Positions 9,502 to 18,186 of a stretch of 64,000 nt of DNA are shown one piece after another; the stretch's first letter is position 1, and every line of letters begins with the position of its first letter. The stretch is from a virus: the IMG/VR virus record IMGVR_UViG_3300020477_000014, positions 32,001 through 96,000 of that record, one strand, 5' to 3'. The notes under the pieces were generated by a model. The model saw nothing but the letters and a program-made list of their open reading frames with translations. It was not told where the DNA came from and ran no database searches. Position numbers and translations under genes: made by a program.

Positions 9502-10179
9502 ATGCATAGGGATATAGATATAAACGTTTTGATTGCTGTTAGAGGCGGTTCTAAGCGCATTCCTGGAAAGAATACGAGACCTTTCGGGGGAGCCTCGATG
9601 CTTGAATTGAAAATTCAACAAGCTCTTCGATTAAAAGAAGTATCTGCGGTGGTGGTGACGTCAGAAGATGACTCCATGTTGCAGATAGCAGAAGATCTGG
9701 GAGCAGTTGCTATGAAGAGGGATTCTTATTATGCTAGCGATACGGTTCCAATGGGAGAAGTATATGTTCATCTTGCGTCATCTCTTAGTTGTAAGGATGT
9801 TTTGTGGACGCCGGTCACAAGTCCATTGGTGACCGATAAAACCATACAAGAGTGTATAACTTTTTATAAAACCAGGCCAGAGTTTGATTCTGTAGTAACC
9901 ACCAATCTGGTCAAGGAATATATGTGGTTGGGCGATAAAGCCATCAACTATGATCCACTGAATCATCCCAGATCCCAGGATTTGCCGGATGTTTATGCTT
10001 TGAATTTCGCAGCCAACATTCTTTCCCGCGAGATGATGATCAAAAACAGGAACATTATAGGAGATAAATTTTATCCTTATATGATAGACGATGTTGAATC
10101 TGTGGACGTGGATACTGAATTTGATTTTGTGATAGCAGAGTTTTTATATAATAACAGAGGAAAAGATTGTGACATATAA
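9502..10179 (+). CDS. Acylneuraminate/ulosonate cytidylyltransferase (NeuA/KdsB-like)
   Basis: IAVRGGSKRIPGKNTR, TSED, SPL, SVDVDTEFDF. Confidence 0.9.
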   Translation: MHRDIDINVLIAVRGGSKRIPGKNTRPFGGASMLELKIQQALRLKEVSAVVVTSEDDSMLQIAEDLGAVAMKRDSYYASDTVPMGEVYVHLASSLSCKDVLWTPVTSPLVTDKTIQECITFYKTRPEFDSVVTTNLVKEYMWLGDKAINYDPLNHPRSQDLPDVYALNFAANILSREMMIKNRNIIGDKFYPYMIDDVESVDVDTEFDFVIAEFLYNNRGKDCDI

Positions 10180-10843
10180 GATAGAGGTACCCCCAATGTG
10201 CGAACCGGAAATCTTGCCAAAAGTAATACCATATTTTAAAAACCGATCTAAATTTGTGGATGTTGGGGCATCTGATGGCTGGTATACATATGTTGCCGCC
10301 AAGGAAATGCCATCAGGTTCGACAATAATTGGTTTCGAACCGGTACCATGGATTTTTGACAAATACAAGAATCATTATGTTGCATCTTGGGCGCCAGAGG
10401 ATTGGTTTAAAAACAAAACAATACACTGTTATAACCAAGTGGTTTCGGATCAATCCGGAATAGATACAAAGTTTTATAAAACAAAAAACCATTCAGGAGT
10501 TATGGATCCTCTTTTATTACTAAAAAAACCAGAAGCTTTTGAGGAAAGTTGGGATATTCCAACGACTAAGTTGGATGATTTTTTGGATCCTTCTGAAAAG
10601 GGAGTATTAATAAAAATTGACGTGGAAGGCGGTGAAGATAAGGTTATCAAGGGCGGTAACTATTATTTTTCCAATTGTGTAGAGTGTTATGTGTTTTTAG
10701 AATTGCACAATTCTTATCTCTTAAATAAAGGAGTGCCGCCACAAACCGTTGTGAAATATTTCACAGATCGAGGTTATGAAAAAATTAAATTAGGTGGCCA
10801 CGGGCGAATCGAATGGTATATTTTTAGGAAAGAAATCAAATGA
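10169..10843 (+). CDS. FkbM-family methyltransferase
   Basis: FVDVGASDG, IGFEPVP, LIKIDVEGGEDKVIKG. Confidence 0.9.
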   Translation: MTYKIEVPPMCEPEILPKVIPYFKNRSKFVDVGASDGWYTYVAAKEMPSGSTIIGFEPVPWIFDKYKNHYVASWAPEDWFKNKTIHCYNQVVSDQSGIDTKFYKTKNHSGVMDPLLLLKKPEAFEESWDIPTTKLDDFLDPSEKGVLIKIDVEGGEDKVIKGGNYYFSNCVECYVFLELHNSYLLNKGVPPQTVVKYFTDRGYEKIKLGGHGRIEWYIFRKEIK

Positions 10844-11778
10844 GAAATATCAAGATCTTTATTGTTACATATAAGAGGGGAGATGTCCTAAATAATACTT
10901 TGCAAAAGTTATTCAAAGAAACCGATTTCTCCTTAATACCGAATACCGAAGTTAATATTATTAATAATCATTCAGATTTTTGGATTGATGATGAATTTCG
11001 GGACCAAGTGAATGTTATACACAATTCTACGCGCCCCGATTGGGATGTTGGTAATCTCGCACGTAATTGGAACGAAGCACTTTTGCACGGCTTTAAAGAT
11101 TTAAAAAACCCAGACTCTAAGGTGGTGGTAACGATGCAGAACGACATTGTTTTGCACCCCAATTGGGCCACCAATTTGCTTAAAATGCATAAAAAATATA
11201 ATTTCATAACTGGTTGCGCAGGTGATAATATTATTAGTTATACGGCGGAGGCAGTGAAGAAGATCGGATTATGGGACGAAAGGTTTTGTTCCATATCTCA
11301 CAAAGAAGCCGATTATTATATTAGAGCGCTTATTTATAACAAAGAATATTCCATTATAAATGATCAGTTTCATAAGCGTTATCTAAATGCAGACGCATGG
11401 CTTCCTTTGGATACTGGTGATTACTTAGGCAATGAAAAAGAATGGATGAAGATAAAAGCCACCAACTTGTCTACAGAAGCAATGAACCATAGCACTCAGA
11501 TATTTTACTGGAAATGGAAAAACACATGGAAGACTCAACCTTCTTATAATGGATGGTTCGTTAATTGGTCGTCGGATTTTATAACCGATCCGCCATCTCC
11601 CCCGACCGTTCCGAATTTCATAAAATATTATTATTTTGAAAAAGATCTTGACAATTTGCAAAAAAAGAATTATATTGGTTGGAGAAGTGGCGATCTTTGG
11701 TTGAGATCTACGGGGAACCTGGACATTGATGAACTTCCACCTCCCAGAGAATCAACTACAGGAGAAATTTCGAAATGA
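10840..11778 (+). CDS. GT2-like (GT-A) glycosyltransferase
   Basis: IFIVTYKR...TL, MQNDI, IGLWDERF...EADYYIR. Confidence 0.75.
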   Translation: MRNIKIFIVTYKRGDVLNNTLQKLFKETDFSLIPNTEVNIINNHSDFWIDDEFRDQVNVIHNSTRPDWDVGNLARNWNEALLHGFKDLKNPDSKVVVTMQNDIVLHPNWATNLLKMHKKYNFITGCAGDNIISYTAEAVKKIGLWDERFCSISHKEADYYIRALIYNKEYSIINDQFHKRYLNADAWLPLDTGDYLGNEKEWMKIKATNLSTEAMNHSTQIFYWKWKNTWKTQPSYNGWFVNWSSDFITDPPSPPTVPNFIKYYYFEKDLDNLQKKNYIGWRSGDLWLRSTGNLDIDELPPPRESTTGEISK

Positions 11779-12470
11779 TAACTACTAAAAATTTACAAAT
11801 AATAGACACTGCGCAAACTCTTTATGATGCTTTTAACGATTTTATTTTGAGCGACGATACCAAAGTGTTCGGAAAATTACTCGCAAGAGCCATTTTGCTC
11901 GATCGAGTAAAAGATGTTCCTGGTGATATAATAGAGTGTGGTGTTTTTAAAGGGACCGGTGTTGTTTCTTTTCTAAAAATAAAAAAATATTTATGCCCCA
12001 ATTCTCATAAAAAAGTTATTGGTTTTGATTTTTTTGATACTGACGGATTGTTAAAAAGCCTATCAAACCAAGACCAAGAGGCTATGAGTGCATTATTCAA
12101 AGATAGAGGATTCGAACATGAGCAGGGATTTGTTTCTTATTTAAAGCAGTCAATTGAATCCTTTGGGTTTCAAGAGCACGAATTTGAACTTGTACAAGGA
12201 GATATTTCAAAAACTATAAAAGAATATATATCCGATAAGCCTGGATTGAAAATTTCTCTTTTATATATTGATTTAGATATTGAAAAGCCAACTTATGATG
12301 TTTTGTGCGCCACTTGGGATAGAATGTCGAAGGGGGGCATGATAGTGTTTGATGAATATGCATATCATTGCTGGTCGGAGTCGATTGGTGTGGATAGGTT
12401 TTTCAAAGATAAGAATGTAGTAGTGAGGTCTCTAAATTTCATGGGACCCACAGCATATGTAATAAAATAA
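11775..12470 (+). CDS. TylF/MycF-family O-methyltransferase
   Basis: VPGDIIECGVFKG, GFDFF, LYIDLDIEKPT, GGMIVFDEY. Confidence 0.9.
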   Translation: MITTKNLQIIDTAQTLYDAFNDFILSDDTKVFGKLLARAILLDRVKDVPGDIIECGVFKGTGVVSFLKIKKYLCPNSHKKVIGFDFFDTDGLLKSLSNQDQEAMSALFKDRGFEHEQGFVSYLKQSIESFGFQEHEFELVQGDISKTIKEYISDKPGLKISLLYIDLDIEKPTYDVLCATWDRMSKGGMIVFDEYAYHCWSESIGVDRFFKDKNVVVRSLNFMGPTAYVIK

Positions 12471-12483
12471 AAAGAGAACAAAC

Positions 12484-13215
12484 ATGAATATATTGATACC
12501 AATGGCTGGCGAAGGCAGTCGATTTAAAAAAGAAGGCTTTAAAAAACCAAAACCACTAATAGACGTTAACGGAAAACCTATGATTAAGTGGGTTGTGGAT
12601 AATGTCGGAATTGACGGAAAATATATTTTTATCGTACAAAAGGCACATACAATAAAGTACCCATATTTAGTTGATGAGCTTACAACTATGGCAAAGGACG
12701 TAGAGGTGTTGACGGTAGATGGATTAACAGAAGGCGCCGCATGTACAGCATTGATAGCCAAACACTTGATAGACAATGACGAGCCATTACTAATTTGCAA
12801 TTCAGATCAGTGGGTGGATTGGGTCCCAGAACATTTTTTAAAATTTATAAAGAGAAAAGATTGTGATGGGGCATTATTAACTTTTTTCTCTGATAGTCCA
12901 AAGCATTCTTATTCTCGATACAATTATAATACCAGAGTGGTAACAGAAGTTGCCGAAAAACAAGTTATAAGCAATTTTGCCACTGTGGGAATATATTATT
13001 GGAGAAAGGGTAGCGAATTCGTGGAATGTGTTAATAAAATGATAGACAAGAATCTAAGAGTTAATAATGAATTTTATTTATGCCCAGCCTATAATGAGTT
13101 GATTTTCCACAAAGACGGGAAGGTGGAATTGTATCCTATTTGTGAGATGAGGGGAATGGGTACTCCTATGGAATTAGAAAGGTTTTTACTCTTATTAGAG
13201 AAAGAAGGCGTTTAA
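12484..13215 (+). CDS. Sugar-phosphate nucleotidyltransferase (NTP_transferase family)
   Basis: ILIPMAGEGSRF...KPKPLI, TEGAACT, ICNSDQ, VAEK, ATVGIYYW, EFYLCPAYN, MGTP. Confidence 0.92.
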   Translation: MNILIPMAGEGSRFKKEGFKKPKPLIDVNGKPMIKWVVDNVGIDGKYIFIVQKAHTIKYPYLVDELTTMAKDVEVLTVDGLTEGAACTALIAKHLIDNDEPLLICNSDQWVDWVPEHFLKFIKRKDCDGALLTFFSDSPKHSYSRYNYNTRVVTEVAEKQVISNFATVGIYYWRKGSEFVECVNKMIDKNLRVNNEFYLCPAYNELIFHKDGKVELYPICEMRGMGTPMELERFLLLLEKEGV

Positions 13216-14399
13216 TGAAGTTTTTTCGTCAAAGTGTAGAAAAAGAGAAATACATCATAGTGGAGTATTTTTTAAAAAGCAAGACCACATTGAGAGATGC
13301 TGCATGGTCTTTGGCAATAGGTCAAAGTGTAGGAAACCCCAATGTCAGAAATCATTGGGAAACCGATGAGCTTTTTGAGAACCATTCTTGTTTGATTATG
13401 GGTGATGAAGAGAAGTTAAAACAAATAAGCGAAGGTAAAGTTAAAATAGCCTTTCCAATAGCAAATACAGACTTTAAGACAGATGGAGTGTCTCATTTGC
13501 TTTGTCAATTTATGGGCGGACAAATGGATATAGATATTGTTCAAAAATGCCACATGTTGAATGTAGTACTACCTCAGCATGTTGAAGATAAATATTTTTT
13601 AGGACCAAAATACGGCATTGAAGGTATCAGAGATTTTACTAATAGTCACGATAAGCCTCTTTTTGGAGGGATTGTTAAGCCCAAGATTGGCGTTACAAGT
13701 AGCGTGTTGCTTGAAATGGTACGAGAGATGGTAGAGGGGGGCATCAATTTCATCAAAGAAGATGAGATCATGTCAAACCCTGCTTGTTGCCCAATAGAAG
13801 AAAGAGTACCTTTAATTATGGATTATCTCAAAGGCAAGGATGTGATTTATGCTGTTTGTATTAATTGTGATCCGCTGCATGTTATTGATAGAGTTAAAAG
13901 AGTTCATGAATTAGGAGCCAACGCTGTCCATATCAATTTTTGGAGCGGACTTGGAGTTTATAAATCAATTAGAGAATTGGATTTGCCAATGTTTATTCAC
14001 TTTCAAAAAAGTGGCGACAAAGTATTAACAAACAAGAATCATGATTATCATATTTCTTGGGACGTTGTGTGTGATCTGGCAGGTCTTATGGGTGTGGATT
14101 TTATACACGCTGGAATGTGGGGTGGCTACATGTCAGATAATGAACAGGAATTAAAGAACACTTTATCTGTTTTGCACAACAGGAGTGTAATGCCGGCTCT
14201 AAGTTGCGGAATGCATGCAGGTCTAATTCAAGCAATAAACAAAAGATTTGGAACAAATTATATGGCTAATGTCGGCGGCGCTATACATGGACACCCTAAC
14301 GGCTCTAAAAGTGGCACCATGGCGATAAGACAGAGTGTAGATGGCGAACATGGACAAGAATATGAAATTGCGATAAAAAAATGGGGGATCGTAAAGTGA
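13215..14399 (+). CDS. RuBisCO-like protein (form IV, RLP)
   Basis: GPKYGIEGIR, GGIVKPKIG, NFIKEDE, DFIHAG, LSCGMH, VGGAIHGHP follow the RuBisCO large-subunit barrel motifs. Loop-6 Lys is absent. Confidence 0.92.
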   Translation: MKFFRQSVEKEKYIIVEYFLKSKTTLRDAAWSLAIGQSVGNPNVRNHWETDELFENHSCLIMGDEEKLKQISEGKVKIAFPIANTDFKTDGVSHLLCQFMGGQMDIDIVQKCHMLNVVLPQHVEDKYFLGPKYGIEGIRDFTNSHDKPLFGGIVKPKIGVTSSVLLEMVREMVEGGINFIKEDEIMSNPACCPIEERVPLIMDYLKGKDVIYAVCINCDPLHVIDRVKRVHELGANAVHINFWSGLGVYKSIRELDLPMFIHFQKSGDKVLTNKNHDYHISWDVVCDLAGLMGVDFIHAGMWGGYMSDNEQELKNTLSVLHNRSVMPALSCGMHAGLIQAINKRFGTNYMANVGGAIHGHPNGSKSGTMAIRQSVDGEHGQEYEIAIKKWGIVK

Positions 14400-14423
14400 C
14401 TGACATTTTTTGGAGAACCATTA

Positions 14424-14867
14424 GTGAAAATGATTGCACATAGAGGAAATCTCAGAGGGCCGAACCCGGACCAAGAGAATAAACCAGAGTATATAGAGGC
14501 GGCATTGGCGGAACACTACGATGTGGAAGTGGACGTATGGCGATCTGAAAACAAGTGGTATCTAGGTCACGACGAACCACAATATGAGATAGATTCAGAA
14601 TTTCTCGTAAATGAGAGAATATGGTGTCATGCAAAGAATTTACATGCATTTCAAGATTTGTTGGTATTAGATGCGCATTGTTTTTGGCACCAAAAGGATG
14701 ATTATACCTTGACAAGTAGTAATTTTATTTGGGCGTATCCTGGCCAACCATTGTCGCCGATGTCCATTTGTGTAATGCCTGAATTAACAGCTTATACCAC
14801 AACAGATGTCTTAAGGTGTGCCGGGATCTGTTCCGATTGGATAGAGAAATTTGGGGAAATTTTATGA
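14424..14867 (+). CDS. Small GDPD/PLC-like phosphodiesterase-fold protein
   Basis: MIAHRGN, ENKP, DVEVDVW, LGHD, WCHAKN. GTG start with GGAGA 7 nt upstream. Confidence 0.75.
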   Translation: MKMIAHRGNLRGPNPDQENKPEYIEAALAEHYDVEVDVWRSENKWYLGHDEPQYEIDSEFLVNERIWCHAKNLHAFQDLLVLDAHCFWHQKDDYTLTSSNFIWAYPGQPLSPMSICVMPELTAYTTTDVLRCAGICSDWIEKFGEIL

Positions 14868-15544
14868 TATTGGCTTGGCAGCAAATTCCTTCTCCAATGG
14901 TTTCAGAGATCTTGTGTTGTAATTCTGCTGGCATAGTGTTGGATTTGGAACATGGGTGTTTTAATAATGAGACTCTTTACACTTGTATTCAAATTATTAA
15001 ATCTAAAAATAAAAAATGCATAGTTAGGCTGACAGAAGTTTCCAAAACAATAATTCGCTATTGTTTGGATGCCGGCGCTGATGGATTAATTTTTTCTACA
15101 ATTGAAACAACAGAACAATGTGAAAAAATAATGGAATATAGCTACTATGCTCCCAAGGGCAAGCGAGGCTTGGGGTTGGTCCGCCAAAATCTATGGGGTG
15201 AGAAAAACCTTTTGTCACCAGATCCTATTATTATACCCCAAATCGAAACAAAGGATGCTGTGGATAATTTGGAAAACATCTTAAAATTTAATTTCGATTA
15301 TTATTTAATAGGCCCTTATGATCTGTCTTTAAGTTTAAAAATCCCGGGAAAATTTGACAATCCTCAATTTATATGTTATATTAATAAAGTGAATGAATTG
15401 ATAGAAAGGTCCAGGCTGGCAGTTCATATTCCCAATGACGTTCCTAATCAAATTAGCAAATATAGGGATTATGGAATAAAATGCCTGGGCATGGACACGA
15501 TAGGGCTATTAGAATATATGAAGGAGAACAACAAGCATGCTTAA
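14864..15544 (+). CDS. HpcH/HpaI class II aldolase family protein
   Basis: ATGA-coupled start at 14864. VLDLEHG, IVRL, LDAGADG, YAPKGKRGLG, IPQIET, IGPYDLSLSL. Confidence 0.88.
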   Translation: MILAWQQIPSPMVSEILCCNSAGIVLDLEHGCFNNETLYTCIQIIKSKNKKCIVRLTEVSKTIIRYCLDAGADGLIFSTIETTEQCEKIMEYSYYAPKGKRGLGLVRQNLWGEKNLLSPDPIIIPQIETKDAVDNLENILKFNFDYYLIGPYDLSLSLKIPGKFDNPQFICYINKVNELIERSRLAVHIPNDVPNQISKYRDYGIKCLGMDTIGLLEYMKENNKHA

Positions 15545-16514
15545 TTTCGAAAATTTAGGAGAAAGATTTGTTCAAGTAGTTAACGGATCGGATTGGCTAG
15601 AATTACAAGAAAAATTTAACAAATGTGATGACATATACGTGTTGGGTCATGGAGGAAATTTAGCCGTGGCTGATCATGCTGCTGTAGATATTACTCGCTT
15701 ATCTAACGGACAAAAGAATGCTATTTGCCCCAGTAGTGGTGTTGTAGCCACCTCTTTTATCAATGACACCAATTTTGAGCAGTGGATGGTAAATTGGTTA
15801 TCTTGTCGTACCAATACGAGAACTGAAGCACAAATGAAGAAATCGTTAGTACTGGGAATATCGTCTTCTGGCGCCTCTATCGATGTTTTAAAAGCACTAC
15901 AGTGGGCGAATGACAACGGGATGGAAATAGGGATGATTAGCTCCAAGGATCTTACTTATGATATTTCTAATTTGACTAAAGTTATATTGGGCGCCGAATA
16001 TTACCACACCGCAGAGGTTCTAACACTTCTTTTAACCTACCAACTAACTCATGGATCAGGGAAAGAGTGCCCCCCTATAGGACAAAATACTCCTGATGCA
16101 TTGCGCGCACTAAACTGGAAAGGGGGTCACATCCGGGAACACAGCTATCCGGATGAAAAAATTAATTTAGGAATCGATTTTGATAAAGTGATTCATGGTT
16201 GTTCGCGAGGATATTATGATGGCACTATTTATGATCCCCCTATTCATGGAGCCGCCGAGGCACTTGAAAAATTATCTCAAAGTTATACTTTAATTATTTA
16301 TACCTGTAAAGCCAAGCCAGATCGTGGACTTGTGAATGGAAAAACAGGAACAGCTTTAGTTTGGGAATGGCTAGAAAAAAATAATCTTTCTCAATTTGTA
16401 AGTAAAGTTACAGCAGAAAAGCCACGAGCAGTGTGCTATATTGACGACAAGGCTGTACGATTTATCGATTGGGAATCTTGCATGAAAGAGTTGGAGGAAA
16501 TAGGCATTCTATGA
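15537..16514 (+). CDS. SIS-domain sugar-phosphate isomerase (GmhA-like) fused to a HAD-family phosphatase
   Basis: N-terminal GHGGNLAVADHAAVD and LGISSSG resemble GmhA GNGGS..AQH..E / GISTSG. C-terminal GIDFDKVIH (DxD), IYTC and YIDDKA. Confidence 0.8.
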   Translation: MLNFENLGERFVQVVNGSDWLELQEKFNKCDDIYVLGHGGNLAVADHAAVDITRLSNGQKNAICPSSGVVATSFINDTNFEQWMVNWLSCRTNTRTEAQMKKSLVLGISSSGASIDVLKALQWANDNGMEIGMISSKDLTYDISNLTKVILGAEYYHTAEVLTLLLTYQLTHGSGKECPPIGQNTPDALRALNWKGGHIREHSYPDEKINLGIDFDKVIHGCSRGYYDGTIYDPPIHGAAEALEKLSQSYTLIIYTCKAKPDRGLVNGKTGTALVWEWLEKNNLSQFVSKVTAEKPRAVCYIDDKAVRFIDWESCMKELEEIGIL

Positions 16515-17323
16515 TCTTGATAACAGGACATAAAGGCTATATCGGAAGTCATCTCTATAAGGCTTTAAAATCATTTGACATGGAAGTGTATGGGATTGAT
16601 TTAAAAGACGGTCACGATATCGCTTATTGTTTGCCTGATCGAGATTTCGATTATGTATTCCATCTAGCAGCACTACCACAAGTCGAATATTGCAACAAGC
16701 ACCCTAGTTATGCACTTAAGCAAAATGTGGGTGCAACTTCGATACTTCTCGAGTGGGCTTATGGACACAATGTCAAGAAGGTCATTTTTTCATCTTCAGC
16801 AGCAGTGTATGGCGATGGAGGTGGTCCTAAATCTCCTTATGGTTTACATAAGTTGATGGCAGAAATGGAGTGTAAACTATATTCAGATTTTTATAATATA
16901 GATACGGTTTGTTTGCGATATTTTAATGTATATTCAGAAGATCAACCGTACGGCGGCTCTTATTCTACGGTTATTGCAGCTTGGATGGAGATGATGAGGA
17001 ATGGTCATCCTTTGCGTTTGGATGGCACAGGCAAACAAACGAGAGACTTTGTTCATGTAGAAGATATAGTGGCTGCTAATATATTTTGCATGAAGAGTAA
17101 ATTAAAATTTAATGGAGAGTGTTATGATGTGGGCTCTGGTCAGTCGACTGCGCTTAACACTATAAAATATTATATCGATCATCGATATTCTAATGTGAGT
17201 TGGTTATGGACCCCTGAAAGAGAGGGAGACATCTTTAATTCGGTTGCTGACATATCTAAGTTGGCAGAAATAGGATGGACACCACAAATTGACATAAAGA
17301 CTGGCTTATCTAGATGTTTTTAG
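16511..17323 (+). CDS. NAD-dependent epimerase/dehydratase (extended SDR)
   Basis: ATGA-coupled start. ILITGHKGYIG, HLAA, FSSSAAVYG, SPYGLHK, LRYFNVY, TRDFVHVEDI. Confidence 0.92.
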   Translation: MILITGHKGYIGSHLYKALKSFDMEVYGIDLKDGHDIAYCLPDRDFDYVFHLAALPQVEYCNKHPSYALKQNVGATSILLEWAYGHNVKKVIFSSSAAVYGDGGGPKSPYGLHKLMAEMECKLYSDFYNIDTVCLRYFNVYSEDQPYGGSYSTVIAAWMEMMRNGHPLRLDGTGKQTRDFVHVEDIVAANIFCMKSKLKFNGECYDVGSGQSTALNTIKYYIDHRYSNVSWLWTPEREGDIFNSVADISKLAEIGWTPQIDIKTGLSRCF

Positions 17324-17343
17324 TACTATAAAGGAGAAATATA

Positions 17344-17571
17344 ATGAACACAATCGATACAGATGAATTTAAGCTTTCTAATCAAGCGCTCGGCGCAATT
17401 ATGATGGCCCTTCAAGAGTCGCTCTTGAATGAGTTAGATATTGTTCCTATTTTGCAAGGCTTTGTTTTGAAAGAGGGTGATGACGGCTTAATTGTAATGA
17501 ACCCTCCTACGGTTCGCGTGAGCAACAATGACACCATAACTACGCAAGATTTAGAAAACATGGTAACCTGA
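17344..17571 (+). CDS. Hypothetical protein
   Basis: Strong RBS (AAGGAGA) and a coupled downstream gene. Confidence 0.7.
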   Translation: MNTIDTDEFKLSNQALGAIMMALQESLLNELDIVPILQGFVLKEGDDGLIVMNPPTVRVSNNDTITTQDLENMVT

Positions 17572-17840
17572 TGCCTAGGTATCGCTATCGCTGCGAAATA
17601 TGCGCAAACGAGGTGATGGTTTTTCATTTAATGTCTGAAAGCTACAACAACTGTCAGGTGTGTGATGGTGTTAATAGTATGGAAAAGATGTTAACCACCC
17701 CACTAAAGAAAATAGAAGAACAGGATCTCACTAATGATAGAAACTTAGGAGATCTGACGCACCAATATATTAAGGAAAATAGAGAAATTTTAGAAGAAGA
17801 ACGAAAAAAAGCAAAAAGAGAAACATATGAGCCGTCTTGA
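17571..17840 (+). CDS. FmdB-like zinc-ribbon protein
   Basis: MPRYRYRCEIC...CQVC, the typical MPxYxYxCxxC...CxxC. Confidence 0.8.
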   Translation: MPRYRYRCEICANEVMVFHLMSESYNNCQVCDGVNSMEKMLTTPLKKIEEQDLTNDRNLGDLTHQYIKENREILEEERKKAKRETYEPS

Positions 17841-18186
17841 GATTATTTTATCGGCTATTGTATTTGTGTCTATGTTGTTTAACGTGGGTATCTTTATATA
17901 CGCACGGAATGTTGTGTCAAAATTGCTTTTTGTTGCAGATGAATTAGGTGATTTAAATGAAATGATTAGTTCTTTTGCTCAGCATTTAAAGGATGTTTAT
18001 GAATTAGATATGTTTTATGGCGATGAAACGTTGAGTAATCTGCTTAATCATGCCATATCATTTAATGAACAAATGTCTACTTTTGAAGAAATATACTCTT
18101 TAACTGAGGAAGAAAAAATTGACAACAAAGACCCCACCCCCCAAGAAGCCCAAAGCCAAGAGAATGACGAGGCGCCGGTCTCGTAA
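17827..18186 (+). CDS. Hypothetical membrane-anchored protein
   Basis: N-terminal hydrophobic helix IILSAIVFVSMLFNVGIFIY followed by a helical acidic region. Confidence 0.65.
   Translation: MSRLEIILSAIVFVSMLFNVGIFIYARNVVSKLLFVADELGDLNEMISSFAQHLKDVYELDMFYGDETLSNLLNHAISFNEQMSTFEEIYSLTEEEKIDNKDPTPQEAQSQENDEAPVS

Noticed and set aside
13215-14399. Phage carbon-fixation RuBisCO (rbcL/cbbM)
   Set aside because: Loop-6 Lys, E60 and the H294/R295 pair appear substituted, and no small subunit or PRK is nearby. This is form IV-like.
17289-17317. TTGACA near the end of the epimerase gene as a promoter
   Set aside because: No -10 hexamer at 16-18 nt spacing (AGATGT at 17 nt).
3-17323. Bacterial O-antigen/capsule locus on a host chromosome
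   Set aside because: No flippase, polymerase or exporter, and it runs without a break into phage baseplate genes. No integrase or host housekeeping genes in the window.
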